A DNA stretch of 64,000 nucleotides from Candidatus Deferrimicrobium sp. (GCF_036396855.1 NZ_DASWKA010000030.1:12103-76102), one strand, 5' to 3'; counted from the first letter of the stretch, positions 24,848 through 37,004 are shown. Made by a program: numbers and translations. The notes: generated by a model from the letters alone, not told the origin.

Positions 24848-25030
24848 ATGCCGAATCCGAAACGACGCGGATCGAAATGCCGCCGGGACAAGCGGCGCAC
24901 GCACAAGAAACTGTCCCAACCGGCGGTGAGCATCTGCCCGCAGTGCAAGGCGACCAAGCGCCCCCATGCCGTTTGCCCGACGTGCGGAACCTACAAGGGT
25001 CGGGAAGTCATCGTAAAATCCGAAGACTGA
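24848..25030 (+). CDS. rpmF: 50S ribosomal protein L32
   Basis: 60 aa, MPNPKRRGSKCRRDKRRTH...CPQC...CPTCG. Confidence 0.95.
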   Translation: MPNPKRRGSKCRRDKRRTHKKLSQPAVSICPQCKATKRPHAVCPTCGTYKGREVIVKSED

Positions 25031-25046
25031 CCCACTCTTCCGTTCG

Positions 25047-26069
25047 ATGAAAATCGCCGTCGATGCGATGGGGGGGGACCATGCCCCGCGCGAGATCGTG
25101 CGGGGTGCGGTCGAATCGGCCCGTTCGAACGGCCTCTCCCTGATCCTGGTCGGCCAGGAGGAGCGGATCCGCGCGGAGTTGCGCCAGATCGACGTTTCCG
25201 GCGCCGCCATCGAGGTGCAGCACGCCTCCGAGGTCGTCGAGATGAGCGAAGTCCCCGCCATCGCCCTCCGCAAGAAACGGGATTCGTCGATCCGCGTCGG
25301 GCTTCGACTTGTCGCCGACGGGAAGGCGTCCTCCTTTGTCAGCGCGGGAAACTCCGGCGCGGTGATGGGGGGGGGGTTCCTGATCCTCAAGAAGATCAAC
25401 GGCGTGGACCGCCCCGCGATCGCGGCGACCATCCCCACGCCCCACGGCCCGGTGGTCCTCGTCGACGCCGGCGCGAACGTCGAGTCCAAGCCCGCCCACC
25501 TGCTGCAGTTCGGATATATGGGCGAGGCGTACTCCAGGATGATCCTGGGAATCCCGCGCCCCCGCGTCGGCGTCGTCAGCATCGGCGAGGAGGATTCGAA
25601 GGGGACGGACCTGACGCGGGACACGTGCGGGCTGTTCCGTCGCACGGGACTGAATTTCGTCGGGAACGTCGAGGGGCGGGACTTCTTCGCGGGGAAAGCC
25701 GATGTGTTCGTCTGCGACGGATTCGTGGGGAATGTCGCGATCAAGACGATGGAAGGGATGGCGACGGCCCTCGGGCAGTTTTTGAAAGAGGAGATCGGCA
25801 AGTCCCTCATGGCGAAGGTGGGCGCCCTGCTCGCGGAGCGCGCTCTTCGGGGGGTGAAGGACCGGCTCGACTACGAGGAATACGGCGGCGCTCCGCTCCT
25901 GGGGGTCCGGGGCGGGGTTTTCATCTGCCACGGATCGTCCAGCGAGCGGGCGATCAAGAACGGGATCCGGGCCGCCGGCTCCCTGGCGCGCTATGGCGTG
26001 GACGTCGAGATCGCCCGGTCCATCGCGGCGCGGGGACACGCGGCGGCGGGCGCGCCGGCGATACCATAA
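25047..26069 (+). CDS. plsX: Phosphate acyltransferase PlsX
   Basis: 340 aa, MKIAVDAMGGDHAP... in the canonical rpmF-plsX-fabH context. Confidence 0.95.
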   Translation: MKIAVDAMGGDHAPREIVRGAVESARSNGLSLILVGQEERIRAELRQIDVSGAAIEVQHASEVVEMSEVPAIALRKKRDSSIRVGLRLVADGKASSFVSAGNSGAVMGGGFLILKKINGVDRPAIAATIPTPHGPVVLVDAGANVESKPAHLLQFGYMGEAYSRMILGIPRPRVGVVSIGEEDSKGTDLTRDTCGLFRRTGLNFVGNVEGRDFFAGKADVFVCDGFVGNVAIKTMEGMATALGQFLKEEIGKSLMAKVGALLAERALRGVKDRLDYEEYGGAPLLGVRGGVFICHGSSSERAIKNGIRAAGSLARYGVDVEIARSIAARGHAAAGAPAIP

Positions 26070-26089
26070 GACGACCGCAGGGAGGGAAC

Positions 26090-27067
26090 GTGGCATCGAA
26101 AATCATCGGGCTGGGGATGTACGCCCCGCCGAAAGAGTTGACCAATTCCGACCTCGAAAAGATGGTCGATACGAACGACGCGTGGATCACGGAGCGTACC
26201 GGGATCCGGACCCGCCACATCGCGGAGCCGGGGTCGCCGAATTCCGATCTCTGCGTCGAGGCGGCCCGGAAGGCGCTGGACGACGCGGGCGTCGACCCGG
26301 CGGAAATCGACATCGTGGTCGTCGGGACGCTGACGCCCGACATGCCGTTCCCCTCCACCGCGTGCTTCCTGCAGGCGAAGATCGGGGCGACGCGCGCCTA
26401 CGGCATGGACCTCTCCGCCGCCTGTTCGGGGTTCGTCTACTCCCTGTCGGTGGCGGACGCGCTGATCCGGGCGGGCCGGGGAAAGAAGGCCCTCGTGGTC
26501 GGCTCGGAGATCCTCTCCACGGTCGTCGATTACACCGACCGCTCGACCTGCATCCTCTTCGGCGACGGCGCGGGGGCGGTGGTTCTCTCCGAATGCCCGG
26601 AAGGGGAGGGGGTCCTCAGCTGCCACCTGCACTCCGACGGCGATCTCTGGAAGCTGATCTATTGCCCGGGCGGCGGCACACTGCATCCGTACTCCCCCGA
26701 GATGCTGGAACAGCGGCTTGGCTTCATACGGATGGCGGGGAATGAAACGTTCAAGCACGCCGTCCTCCGGATGGTCGAGGCTTCCCGCGAGGCGCTGGAC
26801 CGGAACGGGGTCACCATCGACGACGTGAAACTGTTCATCCCGCACCAGGCGAACCTGCGCATCATCCAGGTCGTCGGGAAGCGGCTCGGGATCCCCGACG
26901 AGCGCGTCTTCGTCGACCTCGAGAAGTACGGGAACACCTCCGCCGCCTCCATCCCGATCGCGCTCGCGGAAGCCAAGGCGCAGGGACGGTTCGCAGCCGG
27001 GGACCTCGTGCTCGTCGTCGCGTTCGGGGGGGGGCTCACCTGGGCCTCCGCCCTGATGCGGATGTAG
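26090..27067 (+). CDS. fabH: 3-oxoacyl-ACP synthase III
   Basis: GTG at 26090 after GGAGGGA. Motifs DTNDAWITERTGI, SAACSGF and HQANLRI..., ending in GGGLTW. Confidence 0.95.
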   Translation: MASKIIGLGMYAPPKELTNSDLEKMVDTNDAWITERTGIRTRHIAEPGSPNSDLCVEAARKALDDAGVDPAEIDIVVVGTLTPDMPFPSTACFLQAKIGATRAYGMDLSAACSGFVYSLSVADALIRAGRGKKALVVGSEILSTVVDYTDRSTCILFGDGAGAVVLSECPEGEGVLSCHLHSDGDLWKLIYCPGGGTLHPYSPEMLEQRLGFIRMAGNETFKHAVLRMVEASREALDRNGVTIDDVKLFIPHQANLRIIQVVGKRLGIPDERVFVDLEKYGNTSAASIPIALAEAKAQGRFAAGDLVLVVAFGGGLTWASALMRM

Positions 27068-27076
27068 GAGGAGGAG

Positions 27077-28009
27077 ATGGGAATCGGGCTCCTCTTTCCG
27101 GGGCAGGCGTCGCAGTTCCCGGGGATGGGGAAGGATCTTCACGACGCATATTCGGTCGCGCGTCGGACCTTCGAGGAGGCGTCCGAGGCGCTGTCGCTGG
27201 ACATGGCGGCGCTCTGTTTCCGGGGAACCGAGGAGGAGCTCCGGATGACGGAGAACACGCAGCCGGCGATCTTCACCGTGAGCGTGGCCGCCTTCCGGGT
27301 CCTCGCGGCCGAGACCGGGGTCCGGCCCGCCTGCGCGGCAGGCCATTCCCTCGGGGAATATTCGGCGCTGGTCTCGGCCGGGGCGCTCCCCTTGAGGGAC
27401 GCGGTCCGGGTCCTGCGGTCGCGCGGGAAATACATGCAGGAAGCCGTTCCGGTGGGGGAGGGCGCGATGGCGGCGATCCTCGGGCTTTCCCCTTCGCAGG
27501 TCGAGGAGGCATGCCGCGCGGGCGCGTCGATGGGCATCGTCTCGCCGGCGAACTTCAACGGCGGCGGCCAGATCGTGATCTCGGGAGAGGCGAAGGCGGT
27601 GGCGGCGGCGTGCGAGGCGGCGAAGGCCGCGGGCGCGAAGCGGGCCCTTCCTCTCGCCGTGAGCGCACCGTTCCATTGCGCCTTGATGCGGCCCGCTGCG
27701 AACCGGCTCGCGCCCGAGTTGCGGGCGATCCCGCAGGGGCCGTTCGCGTTCCCGGTGGTGGCGAACGTGACGGCGGATCCGTACGGGGCAGGCGATGTCG
27801 TCGCCGATGCGCTGATCCGGCAGATCACCGCTCCGGTGCGCTGGGAGGAATCGGTCATCGCGATGCGGGCCGCGGGGGCCGATGCGTTTCTCGAGGTGGG
27901 GCCGGGGAAGGTCCTCTCGGGGCTCCTTCGCCGGATCGAAAAGGACGCGGCGACGGCGGTCTTCTGCGGTCCGGCCGACCTCGACGCGGTGCGGGGGTTG
28001 ACCGCCTGA
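27077..28009 (+). CDS. fabD: Malonyl CoA-ACP transacylase
   Basis: 310 aa with motifs FPGQASQ, GHSLGEYSAL and APFHC. Confidence 0.95.
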   Translation: MGIGLLFPGQASQFPGMGKDLHDAYSVARRTFEEASEALSLDMAALCFRGTEEELRMTENTQPAIFTVSVAAFRVLAAETGVRPACAAGHSLGEYSALVSAGALPLRDAVRVLRSRGKYMQEAVPVGEGAMAAILGLSPSQVEEACRAGASMGIVSPANFNGGGQIVISGEAKAVAAACEAAKAAGAKRALPLAVSAPFHCALMRPAANRLAPELRAIPQGPFAFPVVANVTADPYGAGDVVADALIRQITAPVRWEESVIAMRAAGADAFLEVGPGKVLSGLLRRIEKDAATAVFCGPADLDAVRGLTA

Positions 28010-28074
28010 CGTTTTTCGCTGGAACCGCGGGACCGGGAAAAGATAAGAATACGGGGTAAGATGGGAGGATGAAG

Positions 28075-28818
28075 ATGCGGATTTCCGGGAAGGTGGCGCT
28101 GGTCACCGGTTCCGCGCGCGGGATCGGCCGGTCGATCGCCGAGGCGTTCAGCGCGGAAGGGGCGATCGTCGTGGTGAACGACGTCGGAAACGACGCGGGG
28201 GCCCGCGAGACCCTGGCCGCCATCACGAGTTCGGGCGGGAGCGGGACGGTGGAGATGTTCGACGTGAGCGACGCTGTCGGGGTCGACGCAGGAGTGAAGA
28301 ACATACTGGCCGCGCACGGCCGGATCGACATCCTCGTGAACAACGCCGGGATCACCCGGGACAACCTTCTCCTGCGGATGTCGGAGGAGGAGTTCGACGC
28401 GGTCATCCGCGTCAACCTGAAGGGAACCTACCTCCTGACGAAGACGGTCACCCGCCACATGATGAAGCAGCGGAGCGGAAAGGTCGTCAACATCAGTTCG
28501 GTGGTCGGAATGATGGGGAATGCCGGCCAGTCGAATTACGCCGCGGCGAAGGCGGGGATCATCGGCTTCACGAAGGCCGCCGCGCGCGAGCTTGCAGCGC
28601 GGAACATCACGGTCAACGCGATCGCCCCCGGGTTCATCCGGACGGCGATGACGGCGGGACTGCCGGAGGCTGTCCAGAAGTCGTTTCTCGCCCAGATCCC
28701 GCTCGGCCGTTTCGCGGAACCGAAGGAAGTGGCCGAACTGGCCCTGTTTCTGGCCTCCGACGCCTCCTCCTACATCACGGGGCAGGTGATCGGGCTCAAC
28801 GGCGGGATGTACATGTAG
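28075..28818 (+). CDS. fabG: 3-oxoacyl-ACP reductase
   Basis: ORF from 28069. ATG at 28075 is better spaced from GGGAGG. SDR motifs TGSARGIG, NNAG and YAAAKAG are present. Confidence 0.95.
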   Translation: MRISGKVALVTGSARGIGRSIAEAFSAEGAIVVVNDVGNDAGARETLAAITSSGGSGTVEMFDVSDAVGVDAGVKNILAAHGRIDILVNNAGITRDNLLLRMSEEEFDAVIRVNLKGTYLLTKTVTRHMMKQRSGKVVNISSVVGMMGNAGQSNYAAAKAGIIGFTKAAARELAARNITVNAIAPGFIRTAMTAGLPEAVQKSFLAQIPLGRFAEPKEVAELALFLASDASSYITGQVIGLNGGMYM

Positions 28819-28864
28819 TGCGGATCACATGTAGCGCATATCAAGGGGAAAGGGAGGAAACGGA

Positions 28865-29098
28865 ATGCCGGTAGAACAGCGGGTCCGGGAGATCGTGGCG
28901 GAGCAACTGGAACGTGACGTGAACGAGGTCACCAACACGGCGTCGTTCATCGACGACCTGGGGGCGGACTCCCTCGACATCGTGGAGTTGGTGATGAAGA
29001 TGGAGGAGGAGTTCGGGATCGAGATCCCCGACGAGGAAGCCGAGAAGATCAAGACCGTCAACGACGTGATCCAGTACATCACGACGCACAAGAAATAG
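28865..29098 (+). CDS. acpP: Acyl carrier protein
   Basis: 77 aa with the DLGADSLD phosphopantetheine site. Confidence 0.95.
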   Translation: MPVEQRVREIVAEQLERDVNEVTNTASFIDDLGADSLDIVELVMKMEEEFGIEIPDEEAEKIKTVNDVIQYITTHKK

Positions 29099-29150
29099 CG
29101 GCCCAGCCCAGGCGGGCCCCGATCGAAGGGGCGAGGGCGGAAGGAACGAC

Positions 29151-30389
29151 ATGCGCAGAGTGGTTGTGACGGGACTGGGGGCGGTGACCCCCCTTGGCGT
29201 GGGAGTCCGGCCCACGTGGGACGCGGTTCTCGCCGGCACGTCGGGCGTGGGGCCGATCACGCGGTTCGACGCGAAGGATTTTTCCACGACCATCGCGGCC
29301 GAGGTAAAGGGGTTCGACCCCGAGCGGTTCATCGACAGGAAAGAGATCAAGCGGATGGACCCGTTCATCCACTACGCCATGGCGGCCACGCACATGGCGA
29401 TGGAGGACGCGGGGCTGGTGATCGACGCCGCGCTGGCGCCGAAGACGGGCGTCTACATGGGGAGCGGGCTGGGAGGGCTCTCCACCCTCGAACGGTACCA
29501 CAAGGCGTACATGGAGGGCGGGCCGAGGAAGATCAGTCCCTTCTTCATCACGATGCTCATCTCAAACCTCGCCCCGGGGCATATCGCGATGCGGTACGGC
29601 GCCAAGGGGCCGAACATCGCAACAACGACGGCGTGCGCCGCCTCCAGTCACGCGACCGGCGAGGGGATGCACGCGATCCGCAGCGGAGTGTGCGACGTGG
29701 TGATCGCGGGCGGCGCCGAGGCTACGATCACCCCGCTCGGGCTGGGCGGGTTCTGCACCATGAAAGCCCTTTCCACCCGGAACGACGATCCCGGGACCGC
29801 ATCGCGCCCCTTCGACAAGGAGCGGGACGGCTTCATCATGGGGGAAGGGTCTGCGATCCTGATCCTCGAGGAGCTTGAGCACGCCCGGAGCCGGGGGGCG
29901 AAGATCTACGCGGAGATGCTCGGATACGGCGCCTCGGCCGACGCCTACCATGTCACGGCACCGTCTCCCGGCGGCGAGGGGGCGGCGCGCGCGATGACGG
30001 CGGCCCTTGCCGACGCCGGCGTTCCCGCTTCCGCGGTCGACTACATCAACGCTCACGGCACCTCGACCCCCTACAACGATCTGTACGAAACGATGGCGAT
30101 CCGGACCGTGTTCGGCGAGCGGGCGAAGTCGATCGCCGTCAGTTCGACCAAGTCGATGACGGGGCATCTCCTCGGCGCCGCGGGGGCGATCGAAGGGATG
30201 TTCTGCGCCCTCGCGTTGCAGGAGGGGGTGATCCCGCCCACGATGAACTACACGACGCCGGACCCGGAGTGCGACCTCGACTACGTCCCCAACACGTCGC
30301 GCCGCCAGCCGATCCGGTACGCCATGTCCAACTCTTTCGGCTTCGGCGGAACGAACTCGGTCCTGCTGTTCGGCCGTTTCGAGGCGTAG
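29151..30389 (+). CDS. fabF: 3-oxoacyl-ACP synthase II
   Basis: 412 aa with the KAS II catalytic context ([21 protein letters not shown]). Confidence 0.95.
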   Translation: MRRVVVTGLGAVTPLGVGVRPTWDAVLAGTSGVGPITRFDAKDFSTTIAAEVKGFDPERFIDRKEIKRMDPFIHYAMAATHMAMEDAGLVIDAALAPKTGVYMGSGLGGLSTLERYHKAYMEGGPRKISPFFITMLISNLAPGHIAMRYGAKGPNIATTTACAASSHATGEGMHAIRSGVCDVVIAGGAEATITPLGLGGFCTMKALSTRNDDPGTASRPFDKERDGFIMGEGSAILILEELEHARSRGAKIYAEMLGYGASADAYHVTAPSPGGEGAARAMTAALADAGVPASAVDYINAHGTSTPYNDLYETMAIRTVFGERAKSIAVSSTKSMTGHLLGAAGAIEGMFCALALQEGVIPPTMNYTTPDPECDLDYVPNTSRRQPIRYAMSNSFGFGGTNSVLLFGRFEA

Positions 30390-30392
30390 CCC

Positions 30393-32150
30393 GTGGCGCC
30401 CCTCCCACGACGCGTCGTCATCGCCTCCGATCACGCGGGCGTGGAGATGAAGCGGGCCCTGCGGGAAGCGATGGAGGCCCTCGGCATTTCCGCGCAGGAT
30501 CTCGGGACAGGCTCCGGGGAATCGGTGGATTATCCGGACTACGCCGCGGCGGTCGCCGGGCGGGTCTCCGCGGGGACGGCGGACGCCGGCGTGCTGGTCT
30601 GCGGGACCGGCATCGGGATGTCGATCACGGCCAACAGGTTCCCCGGGGTTCGCGCCGCGATCCTCTACGACGACGAAGCGGCGCGGTTGTCCCGCCTGCA
30701 CAACGACGCCAACGTCGCCGTCTTCGGCGCGCGGACGATGTCCGCGGACGACGCGGCGCGGCGGCTGGGGCTTTTCCTGTCGGAGCCGTTCGAGGCGGGC
30801 AGGCACACACGGCGGATCGAGAAGATCCGCGGCATCGAGAAGACCATCCCGGCCGGTCCCGCGCCGGCCGCACAACGAGAGGCTCCCATGTCCTTCCTGA
30901 AAGAGGCCGACCCCGAGATCTTCGACATCATCCGCAAGGAGACCGAGCGGCAGGCGTCCACGCTCGAGCTGATCGCCTCGGAGAACTTCGTGAGCGAGGC
31001 GGTCCTCGAGGCCACCGGGTCCGTGCTGACGAACAAGTACGCCGAGGGGTACCCGGGGAAGCGGTATTACGGCGGGTGCGAGTTCGTGGACCAGGCCGAA
31101 GCGCTGGCGATCGAGCGCGCGAAGAGGATCTTCGGCGCCGAGCACGTCAACGTGCAGCCCCACGCCGGCTCCCAGGCGAACATGGCCGTCTACTTCACCG
31201 TGATGAGCCCGGGCGACACGATGCTTGGGATGAACCTCTCCCACGGCGGCCACCTGACCCACGGATCCCCCGTGAACTTCTCGGGGAAGCTCTACAACGT
31301 GGTCCCCTACGGCGTGCGGGAGGACACCGAGACGATCGATTTCGACCAGGTCCGCGACCTCGCCCTGAAGCACCGGCCGAAGCTGATCGTCGTGGGCGCC
31401 TCCGCCTACCCCCGGACGATCGACTTCCCGGCGTTCCGCAGGATCGCAGACGAGGCCGGCTGCATGGTGATGGCCGACATCGCGCACATCGCGGGGATGG
31501 TCGCCGTCGGACTGCACCCCAGCCCGGTTCCGTACTGCGAATTCGTCACGACCACGACGCACAAGACGCTGCGCGGCCCCCGCTCCGGACTGATCCTGTG
31601 CCGGGAGGAGTTCAGGAAGAAGCTCGATTCCGCCATCTTCCCCGGGAGCCAGGGCGGCCCCCTGATGCACGTGATTGCGGCGAAGGCCGTGGCGCTGAAG
31701 GAGGCGATGACCCCCGCCTTCAAGGAGTACCAGGAGCAGCTCGTCCGCAACGCGGAGGCGATGGCGAAAGCCCTCCTCGCCCGCGGATACCGGCTCGTCT
31801 CCGGCGGCACGGACAACCACCTGATCCTGGTCAACCTGAAGGACACCCCGCTGACGGGGAAAGAGGGGGAAGCGGCGCTGGAGAAAGCGGGGATCACGGT
31901 CAACAAGAACACGGTCCCCTTCGAAACGCGAAGCCCGTTCATCACCAGCGGGATCCGCATCGGAACGCCCGCGGTCACCACCCGCGGGATGAAGGAAAAG
32001 GAGATGGAACGGATCGGCAACCTGATCGCCGACGTGCTCGCCGCGCCCTCGGACGCCTCCGTGCAGCGGCGGGTGGAGACGGAGGTGCGCGCGTTGTGCG
32101 ACGCCTTCCCTCTCTACGCCTCGCGTCTCGGGGCGTACGCGAAGGGGTGA
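30393..32150 (+). CDS. glyA: Single ORF fusing ribose-5-phosphate isomerase B (aa 1-150) to serine hydroxymethyltransferase (aa 166-585)
   Basis: 585-aa ORF with no stop between the two parts. The RpiB part reads VVIASDHAG...[12 protein letters not shown]...[11 protein letters not shown] 15-aa Pro/Ala linker follows, then a complete SHMT ([12 protein letters not shown]...ASENF...THKTLRGPR). An internal ATG at 30888 is preceded by GAGAGG. Confidence 0.8.
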   Translation: MAPLPRRVVIASDHAGVEMKRALREAMEALGISAQDLGTGSGESVDYPDYAAAVAGRVSAGTADAGVLVCGTGIGMSITANRFPGVRAAILYDDEAARLSRLHNDANVAVFGARTMSADDAARRLGLFLSEPFEAGRHTRRIEKIRGIEKTIPAGPAPAAQREAPMSFLKEADPEIFDIIRKETERQASTLELIASENFVSEAVLEATGSVLTNKYAEGYPGKRYYGGCEFVDQAEALAIERAKRIFGAEHVNVQPHAGSQANMAVYFTVMSPGDTMLGMNLSHGGHLTHGSPVNFSGKLYNVVPYGVREDTETIDFDQVRDLALKHRPKLIVVGASAYPRTIDFPAFRRIADEAGCMVMADIAHIAGMVAVGLHPSPVPYCEFVTTTTHKTLRGPRSGLILCREEFRKKLDSAIFPGSQGGPLMHVIAAKAVALKEAMTPAFKEYQEQLVRNAEAMAKALLARGYRLVSGGTDNHLILVNLKDTPLTGKEGEAALEKAGITVNKNTVPFETRSPFITSGIRIGTPAVTTRGMKEKEMERIGNLIADVLAAPSDASVQRRVETEVRALCDAFPLYASRLGAYAKG

Positions 32151-32626
32151 GGCCGTTGCCGGCGGCGGCGCGGACCCGTCCCGACTGGGACACCTATTTC
32201 ATGGACATGGCGAAGCTCGCCGCCAGGCGCTCGTCGTGCCTGCGGAGGTCGGTCGGCGCGGTGCTGGTGAAGGACCGCAGGCTCCTGGCGACGGGGTACA
32301 ACGGCGTTCCCTCCGGCGTCACGCACTGCGAGGTCGTCGGATGCCTCCGCGAGCGGCTCAAGGTCCCCTCGGGGGAGCGCCACGAACTGTGCCGGGGCCT
32401 GCACGCCGAGCAGAACGCGATCATCCAGGCCGCGTACCACGGCGTCTCGATCAAGGGCGCCCAACTGTACTGCACGAACCTTCCTTGCATCATCTGCGCG
32501 AAGATGCTGGTCAACGCCGGCGTCCGCCGGATCATCTATCTCGAGGGGTACAGCGACACCCTGACACGGGAGATGCTCGACGAGGTCGGCATGGAGCTGC
32601 TGAAGCTCACGGATCCCTCCCCATGA
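32147..32626 (+). CDS. dCMP deaminase family protein
   Basis: GTG at 32147 overlaps the glyA stop. Motifs are HAEQNAI and [13 protein letters not shown] (CDA zinc site). Confidence 0.85.
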   Translation: MRPLPAAARTRPDWDTYFMDMAKLAARRSSCLRRSVGAVLVKDRRLLATGYNGVPSGVTHCEVVGCLRERLKVPSGERHELCRGLHAEQNAIIQAAYHGVSIKGAQLYCTNLPCIICAKMLVNAGVRRIIYLEGYSDTLTREMLDEVGMELLKLTDPSP

Positions 32627-33099
32627 AATGCCCCCGGTGCGGCCACGTGGACAACAAGGTGGTCGATTCCCGGGCGGGCAAGGACGGGGACGTCATACGA
32701 CGCAGGAGGGAATGCCTCTCCTGCGCGCGGAGGTTCACCACCTACGAGCGGATCGAGGAGGAGCTTCCCCTTGTCGTGAAGCGGGACGGCCGGCGCGAGC
32801 CGTACGACCGCCAGAAGATTCTCTCCGGGATCCGAAAGGCGTGCGAGAAGCGGCCCGTAAGCGCGGACACCATCGAACACCTCGTGGAAGCCCTCGAGCA
32901 GGAATTCCAGTCCGGCGCCGAGAAGGAGATCTCCACCATCCGGATCGGCGAGCGGGTGATGGCGAAGCTGGTCCAGGTGGACGACGTGGCGTACGTCCGC
33001 TTCGCCTCGGTGTACCGGCAGTTCAAGGACGTGAGCCAGTTCGTCGAGGAGATCAGGACCCTCATCTCCGAGCCTCCCGGCCGAACGACGAAGTCATGA
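32623..33099 (+). CDS. nrdR: Transcriptional repressor NrdR
   Basis: MKCPRCGH...[16 protein letters not shown] zinc ribbon plus an ATP-cone. The ATGA overlaps the upstream stop. Confidence 0.95.
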   Translation: MKCPRCGHVDNKVVDSRAGKDGDVIRRRRECLSCARRFTTYERIEEELPLVVKRDGRREPYDRQKILSGIRKACEKRPVSADTIEHLVEALEQEFQSGAEKEISTIRIGERVMAKLVQVDDVAYVRFASVYRQFKDVSQFVEEIRTLISEPPGRTTKS

Positions 33100-34220
33100 C
33101 GACCCGTCCGGAGTTTCCCGGAATCGGGTTCATGCGGCGGGCGTTGCGGCTCGCCCGGAAAGGGGCCGGGCGGACCGCGCCCAACCCGGCGGTCGGCGCC
33201 GTGGTCGTGCGGGGAGGGCGCGTCGTGGGGGAAGGGTATCACCACGCCGCGGGACTTCCCCACGCCGAGATCGAGGCGATTCGGGTGGCGGGGAGCGCGG
33301 CGCGGGGTGCGGACCTGTACGTGACGCTCGAGCCGTGCGATCACCGCGGCCGCACCGGGCCGTGCACCGAGGGGATCCTCGCGGCGGGGATCGCGCGGGT
33401 GTCGTACGCGATGGAGGACCCCAACCCGGCCGTTTCCGGCCGCGGCGCGGCGCGGCTGCGCGACGCGGGCCTCGTCGTGCACCGCGGGCCGATGGAGGCC
33501 GAGGCGAGGGAACTCAACCGCGGGTTCTGCCGCTGGGTCGTTTCCGGGAAGCCGTTCGTCACGCTGAAGCTGGCCGTCTCCCTCGACGGCCAGATCGCGG
33601 CCGCGGGCGGCGATTCCCGGTGGATCACGGGCGAGGCGGCGCGTCGAAGCGTGCACCGGATGCGGTCGGAGTCCGACGCCGTGCTCGTGGGGGGGGAAAC
33701 GGCGCGTCGGGACGATCCGCTCCTTACAGCCCGCGTTCCCGGGGGGCACGACCCCCGGAGGGTGATCCTCACGTCGCGCCCCGCGGAACTTGCGCGCGGG
33801 AAAGTCCTTCGCGATCCGGGCGGCCAGGTGATCGTCGCCTGCCCGAAAGGCGTCCCGGAGCACGACGTGCGCATCGTGCGGGACGCGGGGGCCGTGGTGC
33901 TCCGCCTCCCCGCGCGTGGGGGGGCCGTGCGCGCGCGCGATTTCCTGGCCGCCCTCGGGGCGGAAGGGGTGACGTCCCTCCTGGTCGAGGGAGGCGCCCG
34001 GACCGCCGGCTGGCTCGCGTCCGAGGACGCGGTCGACCGGTACGTCGTCTTCGTCGGGCCCCTGCTCCTGGGAGAAGGGATCCGCGCCGTGGCAGGCTGG
34101 GCGAGCCGGTCGGTGTCCTCCGGGAAGCGCCTCGCGTTCACCTCGGTCCGCCGCGTCGGCCCGGACATCGAAATCTCCGCGGAACCCGTGCCCGCCAAGG
34201 GCATGAGAGAAGGTGGATGA
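33096..34220 (+). CDS. ribD: Riboflavin biosynthesis deaminase/reductase RibD
   Basis: ATG at 33096 (ATGA overlap). Motifs are [17 protein letters not shown] and TLEPC, followed by a reductase domain. Confidence 0.95.
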   Translation: MTTRPEFPGIGFMRRALRLARKGAGRTAPNPAVGAVVVRGGRVVGEGYHHAAGLPHAEIEAIRVAGSAARGADLYVTLEPCDHRGRTGPCTEGILAAGIARVSYAMEDPNPAVSGRGAARLRDAGLVVHRGPMEAEARELNRGFCRWVVSGKPFVTLKLAVSLDGQIAAAGGDSRWITGEAARRSVHRMRSESDAVLVGGETARRDDPLLTARVPGGHDPRRVILTSRPAELARGKVLRDPGGQVIVACPKGVPEHDVRIVRDAGAVVLRLPARGGAVRARDFLAALGAEGVTSLLVEGGARTAGWLASEDAVDRYVVFVGPLLLGEGIRAVAGWASRSVSSGKRLAFTSVRRVGPDIEISAEPVPAKGMREGG

Positions 34221-34222
34221 AG

Positions 34223-34858
34223 ATGTTCACCGGTATCGTCGAGGACGTGGGGACGGTCACCGCCCTGTCGCCGTTGCGGGCGGGGACGGCGATCACGGTG
34301 GCGACGAACCTGCCGATGGAGACGATCGCGGAGGGGGATTCCGTCGCCGTCTCGGGGGTTTGCCTTACCGTGGCGCGGAAAGGGGCGGGGACGATCGAAG
34401 CGGACGTCTCGAAGGAGACGCTCTCGAAGACGACGCTCGGCGGGATGCGCTCCGGGTCAAAGGTCAATCTGGAGCGGTCGCTGACCCTGTCGGGGCGTCT
34501 GGGAGGCCACATCGTCTACGGCCACGTGGACGGAACCGGCGTGATCCGGGAAATCCGCCCGCTGGGGGAAGCCCGGGTATTCCATATCCAGGCCGATCCT
34601 TCTATAATGAAGTTCATGGTTTACAAGGGGGCGATCACCGTCGACGGGGTCAGTCTCACGATCAGCGCCTCCCGCCGGGACGGATTCGAACTGGCCATCA
34701 TCCCGATCACACTTGAACGGACGACGCTTGGCGTCGCGCGGGCAGGGGAGCGGGTCAACCTCGAAACCGACATCGTCGGGAAATACGTCCTCAAGATCCT
34801 TGAAGGCGGGAGGAGCGGCGTCACGCTGGATTTTCTGAAAGATCACGGATATTCGTAG
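34223..34858 (+). CDS. ribE: Riboflavin synthase
   Basis: Canonical [11 protein letters not shown]-terminus (an alternative ATG at 34217 adds MK). Two lumazine-binding repeats are present. Confidence 0.9.
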   Translation: MFTGIVEDVGTVTALSPLRAGTAITVATNLPMETIAEGDSVAVSGVCLTVARKGAGTIEADVSKETLSKTTLGGMRSGSKVNLERSLTLSGRLGGHIVYGHVDGTGVIREIRPLGEARVFHIQADPSIMKFMVYKGAITVDGVSLTISASRRDGFELAIIPITLERTTLGVARAGERVNLETDIVGKYVLKILEGGRSGVTLDFLKDHGYS

Positions 34859-34874
34859 GAAAGGCGAGGACGGG

Positions 34875-36080
34875 ATGCCGTTTTCAAGGATCGAGGAGGC
34901 CATCGCGGACATCCGCGATGGCAGGATGGTCGTCCTCGTGGACGACGAGGACCGGGAGAACGAGGGCGACCTGACCCTCGCGGCGGAGTTCGTCACCCCC
35001 GAGGCGATCAACTTCATGGCCCGTCACGGGCGCGGGCTCATCTGCCTCAGCATCACCGAGGAGAAGGCGAAGGCGCTGCGTCTTCCCCCCATGGTGCACG
35101 ACAACTCCTCGGCTTTCGGCACCGCCTTCACCGTCTCGATCGAGGCGCGCCGCGGCGTGAGCACCGGCATCTCGGCGCACGACCGGGCCACGACGATCCG
35201 GACCGCCATCGCGGAAACCGCCAGGCCGGAAGACCTGGTCCGCCCGGGTCACGTCTTCCCCATCATCGCGCGGAAGGGCGGAGTCCTGGTGCGGACGGGG
35301 CAGACGGAAGGGTCGGTCGACCTCGCCCGCCTCGCCGGGTGCGCGCCCGCCGGAGTGATCTGCGAGATCATGAACGAGGACGGCACGATGGCGCGGATGG
35401 GCGATCTCGAGCGGTTCTCCGCGGAGCACAACCTCCGGATCGTCTCCATAAAGGACCTGATCGAGTACCGGATGCACGGCGAGCGGCTGGTGGAACGCAC
35501 CGGCGAAACCCGGATGCCGCTGCGGATCGGCGGCGAGTTCACGGCCTACACCTACGCAAACGCGATGAACGGCGACACCCACATCGCCTTCGTCAAGGGG
35601 GAGATCCGCCCCGAGGAACCGATCCTCGTGCGCGTCCATTCCGAGTGCCTGACCGGCGACGTCTTCGGCTCGATGCGGTGCGATTGCGGCGAGCAGCTTC
35701 GAAACGCCCTCCGGCGGATCGAGGCGGACGGGACGGGAATCCTCCTCTACATGCGCCAGGAAGGGAGGGGAATCGGGCTCGAGAACAAGATCCGCGCCTA
35801 CAACCTGCAGGACAAGGGGTTCGACACCGTCGAGGCGAACGAGCGGCTCGGGTTCAAGCCCGACCTGCGGGATTACGGCGTCGGAGCGCAGATCCTGGTG
35901 GACCTCGGGGTCCGCAAGATCCGGCTCCTCACGAACAACCCGAAAAAGATCATCGGCCTGTCGGGCTACGGCCTGCAGATGATCGAGCGGGTGCCGATCG
36001 AGGTCGCGCCGAACGAGGCGAACGTCCGGTACCTTCGAACCAAGAAGAAGAAGATGGGCCACATCCTGAACATGGAGTAG
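34875..36080 (+). CDS. ribBA: Bifunctional DHBP synthase / GTP cyclohydrolase II
   Basis: 401 aa. The DHBP part has [11 protein letters not shown] and the GCH II part has [19 protein letters not shown]. Confidence 0.95.
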   Translation: MPFSRIEEAIADIRDGRMVVLVDDEDRENEGDLTLAAEFVTPEAINFMARHGRGLICLSITEEKAKALRLPPMVHDNSSAFGTAFTVSIEARRGVSTGISAHDRATTIRTAIAETARPEDLVRPGHVFPIIARKGGVLVRTGQTEGSVDLARLAGCAPAGVICEIMNEDGTMARMGDLERFSAEHNLRIVSIKDLIEYRMHGERLVERTGETRMPLRIGGEFTAYTYANAMNGDTHIAFVKGEIRPEEPILVRVHSECLTGDVFGSMRCDCGEQLRNALRRIEADGTGILLYMRQEGRGIGLENKIRAYNLQDKGFDTVEANERLGFKPDLRDYGVGAQILVDLGVRKIRLLTNNPKKIIGLSGYGLQMIERVPIEVAPNEANVRYLRTKKKKMGHILNME

Positions 36081-36089
36081 GAGGGGGCG

Positions 36090-36551
36090 ATGGTGCGGGT
36101 GATCGAGGGGGATCTGCAGGGCCAGGGAGTCAAGGTGTCGATCGTGGTCTCGAGATTCAACGGCTTCATCACCGACAGGCTGCTCGAGGGGGCGCTGGAC
36201 GCCCTCCGGCGGCACGGCGTGGAAGAAAAGGGGATCACCGTGGTTCGTGTCCCCGGCTCCTTCGAGATCCCGCTGGGGGTGCGGCGGGCGGCGGGACAAA
36301 AGGTCGACGCGGTGATCGCGCTCGGTGCGCTGATCCGGGGAGGAACCCCGCATTTCGACTACCTGAGCGCCGAGGTCACCAAGGGAGTCGCCCACGTGAT
36401 GCTGGAGACGGGGATCCCCGTCGCGTTCGGCGTGCTGACGACGGATACCGTGGAGCAGGCGATCGAGCGCGCCGGCACGAAGGCGGGGAACAAGGGTGCC
36501 GAGGCGGCCCAGTCCGCCCTCGAGATGGTCAGTCTGCTCCGCAAGATGTGA
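36090..36551 (+). CDS. ribH: 6,7-dimethyl-8-ribityllumazine synthase
   Basis: 153 aa with VSRFN..IT..LL.GA and VPG.FEIP motifs. Confidence 0.95.
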   Translation: MVRVIEGDLQGQGVKVSIVVSRFNGFITDRLLEGALDALRRHGVEEKGITVVRVPGSFEIPLGVRRAAGQKVDAVIALGALIRGGTPHFDYLSAEVTKGVAHVMLETGIPVAFGVLTTDTVEQAIERAGTKAGNKGAEAAQSALEMVSLLRKM

Positions 36552-36581
36552 GCGGGACGGACCCGGGGAAAGCAAGATTTC

Positions 36582-37004
36582 GTGCGCAGGGAATCCCGGG
36601 AGAAGGTATTCCAGACCCTCTTCATGATGGACGCGCTGGGGGTTGGCCCGGACGAGGCCATCCCCCTTTTCGCGTTGTCCTCCGATCCGCCCTCCGACGC
36701 GCGCTACTACGCGGAAGCGGTGCGCGGTGTATGGAGCCGCATCGGTGAAATCGATGCCGTCATCGGGGAGGCGGCGGAGCACTGGCGAGTCGAAAGAATG
36801 ACGCTCGTGGACCGGAACATCCTGCGCCTCGGGGCGTACGAGCTCTCCCCGGGGAGCGACATCCCGATCGCGGTGGCGATCAACGAGGCGGTCGAGCTCG
36901 GCAAGCGGTTCGGCTCCGAGGAGTCCGGCGCCTTCATCAACGGGATCCTCGACCGGATCTCCGGGATCGCACGGAAGAAGACAACGGCGGAGGGATCGGC
37001 GTGA
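36582..37004 (+). CDS. nusB: Transcription antitermination factor NusB
   Basis: 140 aa (GTG start) with the [12 protein letters not shown] motif, in rib-nusB context. Confidence 0.9.
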   Translation: MRRESREKVFQTLFMMDALGVGPDEAIPLFALSSDPPSDARYYAEAVRGVWSRIGEIDAVIGEAAEHWRVERMTLVDRNILRLGAYELSPGSDIPIAVAINEAVELGKRFGSEESGAFINGILDRISGIARKKTTAEGSA

